From: an uncultured Ectothiorhodospiraceae bacterium
Lineage (GTDB): Bacteria > Pseudomonadota > Gammaproteobacteria > UBA9214
Length of the DNA stretch: 64,000 nt
Assembly: GCA_947258515.1 (NCBI GenBank)
Contig: CAMYIO010000033.1
Location: forward strand, 609-64,608
Direction of reading: 5' to 3'
Positions 20,934-29,707 of this stretch are shown one piece after another; the stretch's first letter is position 1; the number at the start of each line of letters is the position of its first letter. The notes under the pieces were generated by a model, which had not been told where the DNA came from, searched no databases, and saw only the letters and a list, made by a program, of their open reading frames with translations. The position numbers and the translations under genes are program-made.

Positions 20934-20947
20934 TTGACATAGATCAA
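20934..20947. promoter_or_regulatory. FNR/Anr-type box upstream of the Sgp-like gene
   Basis: TTGAC-ATAG-ATCAA about 150 nt upstream of the start; minus-strand TATACT at 20854-20859. Confidence 0.55.
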
Positions 20948-20971
20948 ACACTTGATCATGAAAGACCACCT

Positions 20972-21991
20972 TTAAGTAGCCTCACACATCGTCCGTACCC
21001 GTGGTGTCGCCGTATCCACCTCCAGCTCCGAGGGCAGCGATGCCGTTGGATCCAGTATCCATGACAGCATATCCTGCAGCACCACGGCGGCCTGCAGGTC
21101 GCGTGTCAGCATGTGATAACCGTCCGGGTAGAGCACCATTCGCCAGCGGGCAGCCTGCGGCTCGGGAAGTCCCTGCAGCATTGCGCACACCGAGTTTGGC
21201 GGGATGATGTCATCATTTTCTCCGTAAAGGATCAGCGCCGGCAGGGTCAGCTGCCGGCTGGAGAGCAGTGCTGACTCCATCAGGTTGGTGAGGCCGAACA
21301 TGGCATCGATACGCGTTGCCTTGATGACCAACGGATCCCGCCCCAACGCACGCAACATTTCGATATTATCCGACGGGGTGATTTCAAGACCGTCACCGGT
21401 GAGCGTCTGACCGGGTGCCGTATGTGCCGCCAGCCACAGTGCCGAGCGCTGCAACACCGGCATGACTTGCCAGCCCCATACCGCCGGTGCCACGAGTATG
21501 ATGCCTTTGAGACAGGATGCTTCGGCATCCTGGAGCAAATTCATGACCACGGCACCGCCCATGCTTTCACCAAGCAGGTACAGGGGGATACCGGGATGGC
21601 GTGCACACAGCAACTGCACCACCGTGCGGGCATCCTGCTGCAGGACATCGGCACCCGGCCAGATACCGCGCTGCTCCGTCTCGCCAAAGCCGCGCTGGTC
21701 ATAGGCGTAGGTCATGATACCGTTGACTGCCAGGTATTCCGCCGGCGCAGCAAAGGCCAGGCGGTAATCATTAAAGCCATGCAGGCCAAGTACGATCGCC
21801 TGCGGTTCACCCGCCGGTTGCCAGATACTTATTGGCAAGCGGTAGCCATCCGCCATACTGGCATCCACTGGAGTCAGTATCGGGACCTGTGTAGTATCGG
21901 ACGTTACCTGCACCCCGGGTGTGGCACACGCCAGCAGCCAGAACGGCATCAACAGATATACAAGGGCATTCATAGAGCGGAGAGAGACCAT
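20972..21991 (-). CDS. Alpha/beta hydrolase, lysophospholipase-like lipoprotein (start may be 21973)
   Basis: Lipobox LLAC, LHGFNDY, YDQRGFG, GESMGG nucleophile elbow, YHML. Confidence 0.88.
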   Translation of the reverse strand: MVSLRSMNALVYLLMPFWLLACATPGVQVTSDTTQVPILTPVDASMADGYRLPISIWQPAGEPQAIVLGLHGFNDYRLAFAAPAEYLAVNGIMTYAYDQRGFGETEQRGIWPGADVLQQDARTVVQLLCARHPGIPLYLLGESMGGAVVMNLLQDAEASCLKGIILVAPAVWGWQVMPVLQRSALWLAAHTAPGQTLTGDGLEITPSDNIEMLRALGRDPLVIKATRIDAMFGLTNLMESALLSSRQLTLPALILYGENDDIIPPNSVCAMLQGLPEPQAARWRMVLYPDGYHMLTRDLQAAVVLQDMLSWILDPTASLPSELEVDTATPRVRTMCEAT

Positions 21992-22277
21992 GTCAAATGA
22001 AGGTTACCATGAACCCATTAACGAACTGTCGGATGAGACACGCGACATGCACCGCGCCATCACCTCACTGATGGAGGAACTCGAGGCGGTTGACTGGTAC
22101 AACCAGCGGGTTGATGCCTGCAAGGACAAGGAGCTGAAAGCCATACTGGCGCATAACCGTGACGAGGAGAAGGAACACGCCGCCATGGTGCTGGAATGGA
22201 TCCGGCGCAAGGATCCGGCCTTTGACAAGGAGTTGAAGGACTATCTATTCACCGACAAGGAAATCGCGCATAGCTGA
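21990..22277 (+). CDS. Encapsulin-associated ferritin-like protein (Flp/EncFtn family)
   Basis: YHEP, HRAITSLMEELEAVDWYNQR, HNRDEEKEHAAM, EWIRR; ends LFTDKEIAHS. Confidence 0.9.
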   Translation: MSNEGYHEPINELSDETRDMHRAITSLMEELEAVDWYNQRVDACKDKELKAILAHNRDEEKEHAAMVLEWIRRKDPAFDKELKDYLFTDKEIAHS

Positions 22278-22300
22278 AGCCCCGAGACTGCGAACCATCA

Positions 22301-22375
22301 TTGTAGGAGCGCCGTCCCCGGCGCGATTGTTCTTTGTCTTGCCCCCGAATCGCGGCGAGGACGCCGCTCCTACAA
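22301..22375. repeat. GTAG-family REP doublet
   Basis: TGTAGGAGCGCCGTCCCCGGCGCGA ... TCGCGGCGAGGACGCCGCTCCTACA between convergent genes. Confidence 0.85.
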
Positions 22376-22407
22376 TATAATTATTACAATAGCTTACGTT
22401 ATATTCC

Positions 22408-23509
22408 TCAGAACCATATTGAAACGAAAAGCTGCGCCACGTCGGCACCGAATTTGTACAGCGGTTCATCTCCCGCCGGTGCGCCGCTGTCGCGCAGATC
22501 GCGAAAATCATGGTAGTTGAACCAGATGTGATCATAGGACAGGTTAATACTGCCACGGTCTATCCAGCGCCAGCCATTCTGTACGAAATCATAACTCAAC
22601 GAAAACCCGAGCGTGTTGCTGTCAAAAGAGCTGAGTTCCTTGTCGCGCGCGAGAAAGTTCTGTGCATCCCTGCGCGGGAACAGGTCACTGTAAAAGTCGG
22701 CTGAATTCTGCGTGTAATAGCGGTAGTGAGCTTCAAATAACCAGCCACCGCTCAGCGGGTGTATGTAGGCAAGCTTGACGTTATGCGCCCGGATTCCCCA
22801 GGTGTCATCAAAGATCCGGTACTCTGCATAGGTTGATGCACGATAAGGTAAATAATAAAGTCCGCGCACGGCAACTGCGTTGCTGGTGCGTGTATTCGGG
22901 TAGACCTCCGGCTGATAACTGTAACCCGGAGAACTCGCAGTATCGATGTAACGCACCGAACGGTAGGGATTATTCAAATATGCTGATCACCTGCGTGAGC
23001 CCGACTGTATAATTCTGCCGGTCCACATCTTCGGAGAAGGCAGGGTCGTTATTGTTGCCAACGACATCCCAGCCACGTGCATATCCCAGTGTCACGGTGG
23101 TCATGTTGCCAAACATGTCCATGCTGATACCAAAACTGGCGGTATTGGCCGAGTAATCACTCTCCTCACTGTTGGTATAGGAGACACTCATAATCGAATT
23201 GCCATGCAGGTAGTCTGCACCCAGCGAGTATTCAGTTCGCTCTTCCGTGTAGGGACTGGCCGTGGTGACGACATCAATGGATGCGCTGCTGATGGAATCC
23301 ACGTAGTAGTTACCGCTGAGCGCAAAATTCTGCCCGACGTTTTTCAGAACCAGCACCGATGGCCCGGTGATCTCGACCCCGCCGCCATCATAGGAGTGAT
23401 ACAGCGCATCGGCACGGTCATCCGGCAACACGCCGGCCACGGTCGGCAAGCCGCTGCACAGCAGGCACAGACCCGCGAGACAGGTTTTGCGGATACTAGT
23501 TACAGCCAC
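22408..23509 (-). pseudogene. DUF3570 outer-membrane protein, split by internal deletion near 22981
   Basis: LPDDRADALYHSYDGGG...DSISSASIDVVTTAS...GLTQVIS, then a frame change to YLNNPYRSVRY...RDKELS...VSIWF. Confidence 0.8.
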
Positions 23510-23732
23510 AGCCCCCACCATTACCACCTTCAGCACCACGCGCCGCCTCGCGTGCCTGGTAGACGTGAATCATGTAGGAGGATGACACCGGGTTGCGTTC
23601 GAAACGCATGATTTCATCCGCAAGGTATTCACGCTCATAGGGCTTTACCCAGGGTTCGACCATACTGCAAGCCGGCAGGTACAACACACCCAGAACGAGA
23701 ATAACTGCTTTGCGGATAGTCACTGCCGTCAT
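23496..23732 (-). CDS. DUF4266 lipoprotein
   Basis: Lipobox LPAC, VKPYERE.LA, REAARG, terminal GGGCGCN. Confidence 0.88.
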   Translation of the reverse strand: MTAVTIRKAVILVLGVLYLPACSMVEPWVKPYEREYLADEIMRFERNPVSSSYMIHVYQAREAARGAEGGNGGGCGCN

Positions 23733-24241
23733 TCCCTGATCAGGTCACGAACCTGTTGCTGGTAGACAGTCTCAAGTCCGGGTTTATAGCCCTTGTGCAG
23801 GTAGCGCATATTGCCATCGCGATCCACCAGCACGGTGCTGGGCATGGCAACCACGTCATATTGCTTGCTGACGACGCTGTCGCTGTCAAATACCACGGGA
23901 AAACTCACCGGCAGTTCCTCCAGCAGTTTTTTCGCCTTGCTCGAATCAGCCTCGACGTTGACACCCAGCACGGTGAATCCCAGTGCACGGTACTTGTCAT
24001 GCAGTTCGCTGAGTACCGGCATCTCCTGGCGGCAGGGGCCGCACCACGAGGCCCAGAAATTGATCAGCACAACCTCGCCGCGGTATTCACTGAGCCTGAG
24101 ATTTTCACCCGTGTTGCTCTTCAGCGTAAAGTCCGGTGCACCCGACTGCTTCATGCCGGCATATACAGCGGATGTCGCCATGATCACCGCAGCGGCCATG
24201 CCGAGCCATGATTTCATGTAATGTGCTAACTTGTTTTCCAT
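23729..24241 (-). CDS. TlpA-family thiol:disulfide oxidoreductase
   Basis: APDFTL, INFWASWCGPCRQEMP, AMPST. Confidence 0.92.
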   Translation of the reverse strand: MENKLAHYMKSWLGMAAAVIMATSAVYAGMKQSGAPDFTLKSNTGENLRLSEYRGEVVLINFWASWCGPCRQEMPVLSELHDKYRALGFTVLGVNVEADSSKAKKLLEELPVSFPVVFDSDSVVSKQYDVVAMPSTVLVDRDGNMRYLHKGYKPGLETVYQQQVRDLIRE

Positions 24242-24253
24242 AATCGACTCCTG

Positions 24254-24922
24254 TTAAAAGAAGAAACTGATACCGGCGGTACCTTCCAGGTTATGTGTTG
24301 TTTTATCCTTTCCGAGCAGGTCGGATTTGAAAATGTGGTCGCGGAAGTCTAGATGCAGCGCAACCCAGTCATTCACCAGGAACCGGTAGCCGGCGCCGAC
24401 GTTGACAGTGAAATGGCTGTCATCCGCAAACTCTGTATTTCCAACGCCGGCGATCAGGTACAGGGCACTGTTAAAGGCGTGACCCTTGCCGATAAATGCC
24501 TCACCCGGCAGGATGTTGTACCCCAGCGAGAGATTGTAGTAAGTCAGTTTCCGCTGACTGTCCGTCAGCACCCGGGCACCACCACTGAGCGTCTCGTAAC
24601 TGGTGTCGCCTGCCTTTGTCCGGCCGATAGCGGCCTCGGTAAAGAAGTCCTCGGTAATGTGGTAGGCGCCGCGCGCTCCATAGACCACGTTAGTGCCGAA
24701 GTCCTCGATACTCATGACACCGACAAAAGCACCGACCTCGAAGTCCTCACTGTCGATATCAGCTTCGGAAACCGTGCGTCTTTCAAGGTCCGGGCTTATC
24801 ACCGGCGTCGTGTCATCCTGTGGTGCATCATCAACCCGCACCCAGGAGCAACCCGGCAGCAGGCTCATGAAGGCCAGTGCAAGCATTGACCTCAGAAGAA
24901 AAATGCGAAACCTGCTTTCCAT
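24254..24922 (-). CDS. Outer-membrane beta-barrel lipoprotein
   Basis: Lipobox LPGC, IDSEDFEVG, OmpA-like barrel strand pattern, terminal SFFF. Confidence 0.8.
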   Translation of the reverse strand: MESRFRIFLLRSMLALAFMSLLPGCSWVRVDDAPQDDTTPVISPDLERRTVSEADIDSEDFEVGAFVGVMSIEDFGTNVVYGARGAYHITEDFFTEAAIGRTKAGDTSYETLSGGARVLTDSQRKLTYYNLSLGYNILPGEAFIGKGHAFNSALYLIAGVGNTEFADDSHFTVNVGAGYRFLVNDWVALHLDFRDHIFKSDLLGKDKTTHNLEGTAGISFFF

Positions 24923-25665
24923 TCGTTTATCTCCTGGTTGTCGTCCTTATCCTGAAAAATGACGCTGTTCCTGTATTCGGCACGCAGCAAGAATCGACGC
25001 GTCAGATAGCAGCGGATACCCACGCCGACACTGCCGATCTGCTCGGTACGATCCAGCTCATCGACCAGCGTAACGTTCGGGTCGGTATAGATAATCCCTG
25101 TCCCCAGAGAAAAGAAAGGCGACAGACGCCACTCCGGAAACGGATGCGCGAGCAGACTGACGCGACCAACAACCGAATCCGAATAATTCCCGAACACCTG
25201 TGATACAGACAATTCTGCAGAGAAATTCGCCGTCATGGCATATCCTGCATAAGCCGTGATCATATCCGCACCTTCAAAGTCTCCGGCCAGCACCCCGGCT
25301 TCCCAGCGTCTTTTCGAGAAATCCCCGATATTTGCCTCCGCGAAGCGGGTCTGGTCACCCGCGGGGGTTAACGTCTGTTCCATTTCCGCACGCCTGACCC
25401 AGCCTTCCTTGCCTTTCCCGGTACGTACCCTGAACCAGTCGGTACGCCGCTTCAGTACGCTAATGGTCTCGCCACGATCAACCACGTGGAATACCGGGTA
25501 ACCGCGGCCGGGGCCGGTATGCATTTCCAGGTATGGCGCAGCAACAACAACCTCGACCAGTTGTTCTTCAGAAAATGCCTGTCTGGCCAGCAGGGCCTGC
25601 AACAGCAGTACAATCACGAGCACGCGTAACTGCGAAAATCCCCGGGCAACAGTGCACGCGTGCAT
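24892..25665 (-). CDS. SH3b domain plus outer-membrane beta-barrel protein
   Basis: YLEMHTGPGRGYPVF...TDWFRV...EGWV (bacterial SH3) then barrel strands, terminal AFFF. Confidence 0.8.
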   Translation of the reverse strand: MHACTVARGFSQLRVLVIVLLLQALLARQAFSEEQLVEVVVAAPYLEMHTGPGRGYPVFHVVDRGETISVLKRRTDWFRVRTGKGKEGWVRRAEMEQTLTPAGDQTRFAEANIGDFSKRRWEAGVLAGDFEGADMITAYAGYAMTANFSAELSVSQVFGNYSDSVVGRVSLLAHPFPEWRLSPFFSLGTGIIYTDPNVTLVDELDRTEQIGSVGVGIRCYLTRRFLLRAEYRNSVIFQDKDDNQEINEWKAGFAFFF

Positions 25666-25675
25666 ACAGTCGCTA

Positions 25676-28252
25676 TCAGTTACCGGGTACTGCGAATGGA
25701 TCGTTGTAATACTGCGCACCGATATCCAGCCATTCCGAGACAAGTCTCAGTTCGGCTGCATCAAGACGATTCTCGTGACTGCCTCCACTGTTGAACAGAT
25801 CAAAAAAACGCCAGCTTGCACGTGCACCGGCGCTCGACATGGCAGGCGCAACCGGTACACGCACCTCGGTCGGCAATCCCGTCTCGGGATCGATCGGACC
25901 GGGTACCAGGATGTCCTGCAGGCCGTTATCACCGAGTTCCTCGGCGAAGTCAGCGAACAGTAGCTCCCGATAGGAGTGGAAATGCGCGGCCTGTTCTGCG
26001 GACACACCATCGGTCAGATCGAGCTGTGCATCCGGTACCCTGTCCATGTCGGCTGCATCGAGGCTGGCATGGCATTCTGTGCAGGTGTTTACGCCACGGT
26101 CACGATTCCACAGGGGGTGTATATGCTGCTCATAATTGATCACTGTCCTGCATTGACTGTCCCAGTCCCCCTGGCAGACGGATGAGGCCGGTGCAGCGGT
26201 TGACAGGTCCGCATACAGCAGGCTGGTTGACGCATCCTTGAGGCGAGCGGCAGCCATTTCGTCGGTCCAGAGGTCGTGATATATCAGGTCAGTCGAGGGT
26301 TGCAGGGAGAGGACATCAAACCGCGCCAGGGTTTCCGCCATGGTTTCTCCGTATATCGCGGGCAAGGCAGGGTCTGTATTCGGGAATTCCATAGCGGTTG
26401 CCGGGGCACCGGCATGCACAGACTGCGCCCCCTGCGGGTGACCGTGGGGGCTGCCACCGGCATGATTATGGCAACCGTTACAGTGGACTGTTTCCCCGGC
26501 ACGCACTTGCAACCAGTTCTGGTGACGGTCGCCGATGCGCCGTCCGTCCCTGTCCACCACGCTGATGGCCAGTGGCACATCGGCCGGTACCTTGACCCGC
26601 ACGGACCCGTCCGGCTGTACCGGTGTGTAGCCGATGATCTCGCGCATCAGTTGCTGGCTACTGCGTCCAAAGGCAGTAAACGGCAGTGTGGCCACGTCGT
26701 TGTCTGGCATGGCGACGGCCTTGACGATGCGCAGGAAACGGGCAGGGCGATCAGCGGCCAGGGACTCTTTCGGGTCGGCGAGCGTGGCGATATCCGGTGC
26801 CGCGGTATCCACACCGTCGATGTCATAGACACTGCGGATATTGAGTATGCCGACACCCTCGTCAATCCACTGCAGGTCCAGCTCGATACCGGGCTGCTTG
26901 TCGAAAATGATGGATGGCAGGGCGCGTGGGGCGGTTGCCACCACATTGGTATAGGTAATGCCTTCCTGCGGGACAACCACCGGTAACTGAGTATCGGTAG
27001 ACATGTCATAGAGAAATATTCCGTACAGTGGATCGGCCTCGAGTGCATCAGGACTTTCAATCCGGCCGGCGGTGCAGGGGACAATCACGGTATCCTCCAG
27101 CAAACGGCATTCGCTCCAGCTGACCAGTACACGATCCGTACCATCCAGCAGCGGCCAGGCGCTACGGAAACGGCCACCGGGAGAGACACTGTTGTCTGTA
27201 CGGACATCATTGATCAGCAGAGCGGACTGCGCCGGTCCGGACAGTATCCCCTGGTTGTCCATTGTAGGTTCGGTGTTATCGATATAGTTTTCGATATCCA
27301 GTGAAATCAGCTCGCCGCCACGGTAGGACCCTGTAAATGGCAGCAGCAGGGCGAGCAGCCGGCCATTTTCCAATTCCCGCGGTTGCAGGAAATGCACATC
27401 AGCGTTATTGGTGCCGGTGTCATGGCTATGGGAACCGTACAGAAGCTGCAAGCCGGTCCCGTCCGGATACATCTTGTAGAGGCTTATGGCATTACGACTA
27501 CCCATGTCATCCCAGCGGCTGAAAACCACTTCTCCGGAAGAAAGCACCATCGGATCAAGATCGTGGCTCTGGTTAAACGAGACCTGCCTGATATCACTAC
27601 CGTCTGCATTCATGACATGTAACACCATGGCATGTTCGTTGAGGTTTTCATCCAGCGCGGTAAATTGTGGTTTGCCTTCGTCCAGCAGCACGGCACGCGA
27701 TGTTCTTTGACGTGACGAGGAGAATATTATGCGGCCATCCGGCAGGTAGTGTGGCGCCACATCCTGCCCGGCGGCAGCGGTAATGTCCGACGGGATGACG
27801 CGCTGCAGCTCATCGGCCTCAATCAGGTATTCCCAGATATCCCACTTCGGCTGGTCAGCCGGGGCGAGGCCGGGTATCTCGGGCGCACGCATGGCGAAGA
27901 GCAGCCGCTCGCCGTCATAGGACACTTCAACATCCTTCACATCACCCAGGCCACCGGTGAAGGATGCGGTTACATTGCGTTGCCGTGCACCCGGAGAAGC
28001 CAGATCACGGTAAAACAGGTCACCACCGGCATTGAACGTTAATGCCTCGCGAATATCCGGCTGCGTCAACACATTATTCATATCAACGATCAGAGGACGA
28101 CGCACAAAGGCAATACCGAAATCCTCGACCAGTGGATCAGGGTCCTGACCATCACCCCCGCCACATGCCTGCAATGCAACAGACAACACGCAGGCAACGC
28201 ACATGGCTGCAATCTTCCTGACGCCCTGAAAACACGCGTTGATTAGAGTCAT
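25676..28252 (-). CDS. Large lipoprotein with TolB-like propeller, hydrazine-synthase-alpha-middle-like domain and two CxxCH
   Basis: Lipobox LQAC; SYDGERLLFAM and YLPDGRIIFSS repeats; PVQPDGSV..KVPADVP...D..G; CNGCH and CTECH; terminal WLDIGAQYYN. Confidence 0.75.
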   Translation of the reverse strand: MTLINACFQGVRKIAAMCVACVLSVALQACGGGDGQDPDPLVEDFGIAFVRRPLIVDMNNVLTQPDIREALTFNAGGDLFYRDLASPGARQRNVTASFTGGLGDVKDVEVSYDGERLLFAMRAPEIPGLAPADQPKWDIWEYLIEADELQRVIPSDITAAAGQDVAPHYLPDGRIIFSSSRQRTSRAVLLDEGKPQFTALDENLNEHAMVLHVMNADGSDIRQVSFNQSHDLDPMVLSSGEVVFSRWDDMGSRNAISLYKMYPDGTGLQLLYGSHSHDTGTNNADVHFLQPRELENGRLLALLLPFTGSYRGGELISLDIENYIDNTEPTMDNQGILSGPAQSALLINDVRTDNSVSPGGRFRSAWPLLDGTDRVLVSWSECRLLEDTVIVPCTAGRIESPDALEADPLYGIFLYDMSTDTQLPVVVPQEGITYTNVVATAPRALPSIIFDKQPGIELDLQWIDEGVGILNIRSVYDIDGVDTAAPDIATLADPKESLAADRPARFLRIVKAVAMPDNDVATLPFTAFGRSSQQLMREIIGYTPVQPDGSVRVKVPADVPLAISVVDRDGRRIGDRHQNWLQVRAGETVHCNGCHNHAGGSPHGHPQGAQSVHAGAPATAMEFPNTDPALPAIYGETMAETLARFDVLSLQPSTDLIYHDLWTDEMAAARLKDASTSLLYADLSTAAPASSVCQGDWDSQCRTVINYEQHIHPLWNRDRGVNTCTECHASLDAADMDRVPDAQLDLTDGVSAEQAAHFHSYRELLFADFAEELGDNGLQDILVPGPIDPETGLPTEVRVPVAPAMSSAGARASWRFFDLFNSGGSHENRLDAAELRLVSEWLDIGAQYYNDPFAVPGN

Positions 28253-28510
28253 AGTAGATCCTGATGCACATATATAAGTACGCACATCCGACGTCGTTTT
28301 CCTTTGGTGATCCCTGCATCCGTAATCACACACAAAAATCAATGTGATTCAGTTCCCGCCTGTTACATAACCCGTGTCGCAGTTGAACTATAGGACAGTC
28401 GAGGAATCCTGTTCCGCGAACAGAATCACAGAAAGCCACGCCTACAAACATCAGGATTGTCAGCCACGGAGATAACGACAATTAAAAACCAATGATTGCA
28501 GGAAGTGATT

Positions 28511-29704
28511 ATGCGTCTGTCAAAACAGTCTGATTACACAACGTCTAACCACCGGATCCGCAGGGCAATCATTGTGTGCATCCTGATGTTGTTCTCTACG
28601 ACTGCTTTTGCCGATGCACTCGAACGCCGTCAGGCGAAACGCCTGCATGACAGGCTGGCCGGTATTCCGCCAGAGGAATCGGTACTTGATGACATGGAAG
28701 CCGCGTTAATGGCCGGCAATGATCTGGATGCAGCCCTTATCGCAATGGACAACAAGGCCTTCTATAACATTACCCTGAAAAATTTTGCGGCCCCATGGAG
28801 CAACCGTGAAAGGACGCTGTTTGCACCGTTGAATGACTACACCGCCACCGTCATCGGCATGATTCGCGATAAAACACCCTTCAACGAACTGCTGTCAGCC
28901 AACCTGGTATATGTCGGCGATCCGGTATTGGGACTGCCTGACTACTCAATGACCGACAACGATCATTACCAGGCGCTGGAGGACCAGGGTATTGACCTGA
29001 AGACTCACCTGCAGGCCGTCACACAGACTTCTGTCACCGACCTGCCGGTAAATGCAACGGCGGGCGTGATGACGACGCGTGCTGCAGCCGAGGCTTTTTT
29101 CGTGGCGGGAACAAACCGCGCCATGTTTCGCTTCACCTTGCTGAATCATCTCTGCAACGACATGGAGCAGGTCAAGGACAGCAGTTATTCACCTGCCCGC
29201 ATTCGCCAGGATGTCTCACGCAGTCCCGGCGGTGACAGTCGCCTGTTCCTCAACTCCTGCATCGGTTGCCACAACGGCATGGACCCGATGGCTCAGGCGT
29301 TCGCCTACTACAACTTCGATGAAACCACTCAGCGTATCCAGTACACACCCGGTTCGGTACAGCCCAAATACCATATCAATGCCGACACCTTCAAGTACGG
29401 CTACATCACAGCGGATGACCGCTGGGACAATTACTGGCGCAGTGGTCAAAACGCATTGCTGGGCTGGGACAGCAACCTGACCGGTTCCGGTTCCGGTGCC
29501 AAATCAATGGGCAGAGAACTTGCCAACAGCGAGGCATTCGCCCGTTGCCAGGTCAAGAAGGCCTTCAAGACGGTTTGTTTGCGTGATCCGGGCAACGCGG
29601 CTGACCGTAACCAGGTGGACATCACCACTGCCAGTTTCAAGGCGGACAACTACAACATGAAGACAGCGTTTGCAGAAGTTGCCGTCTACTGCATGGGCGA
29701 ATAA
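28511..29704 (+). CDS. Exported monoheme c-type protein of unknown function
   Basis: Signal peptide ending AFA, CIGCH, FARCQVKKAF tail. Confidence 0.75.
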   Translation: MRLSKQSDYTTSNHRIRRAIIVCILMLFSTTAFADALERRQAKRLHDRLAGIPPEESVLDDMEAALMAGNDLDAALIAMDNKAFYNITLKNFAAPWSNRERTLFAPLNDYTATVIGMIRDKTPFNELLSANLVYVGDPVLGLPDYSMTDNDHYQALEDQGIDLKTHLQAVTQTSVTDLPVNATAGVMTTRAAAEAFFVAGTNRAMFRFTLLNHLCNDMEQVKDSSYSPARIRQDVSRSPGGDSRLFLNSCIGCHNGMDPMAQAFAYYNFDETTQRIQYTPGSVQPKYHINADTFKYGYITADDRWDNYWRSGQNALLGWDSNLTGSGSGAKSMGRELANSEAFARCQVKKAFKTVCLRDPGNAADRNQVDITTASFKADNYNMKTAFAEVAVYCMGE

Positions 29705-29707
29705 CCA

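Noticed and set aside
25676-28252. Hydrazine synthase / anammox capacity
   Set aside because: Only a domain-level resemblance to the alpha subunit; no beta/gamma subunits or hydrazine dehydrogenase, and the context is Gammaproteobacterial
28410-28424. CTGTTC-CGC-GAACAG palindrome as a LexA box in the divergent promoter region
   Set aside because: Spacing is CTGT-N7-ACAG rather than N8; it may be another operator but is unsupported as a single instance
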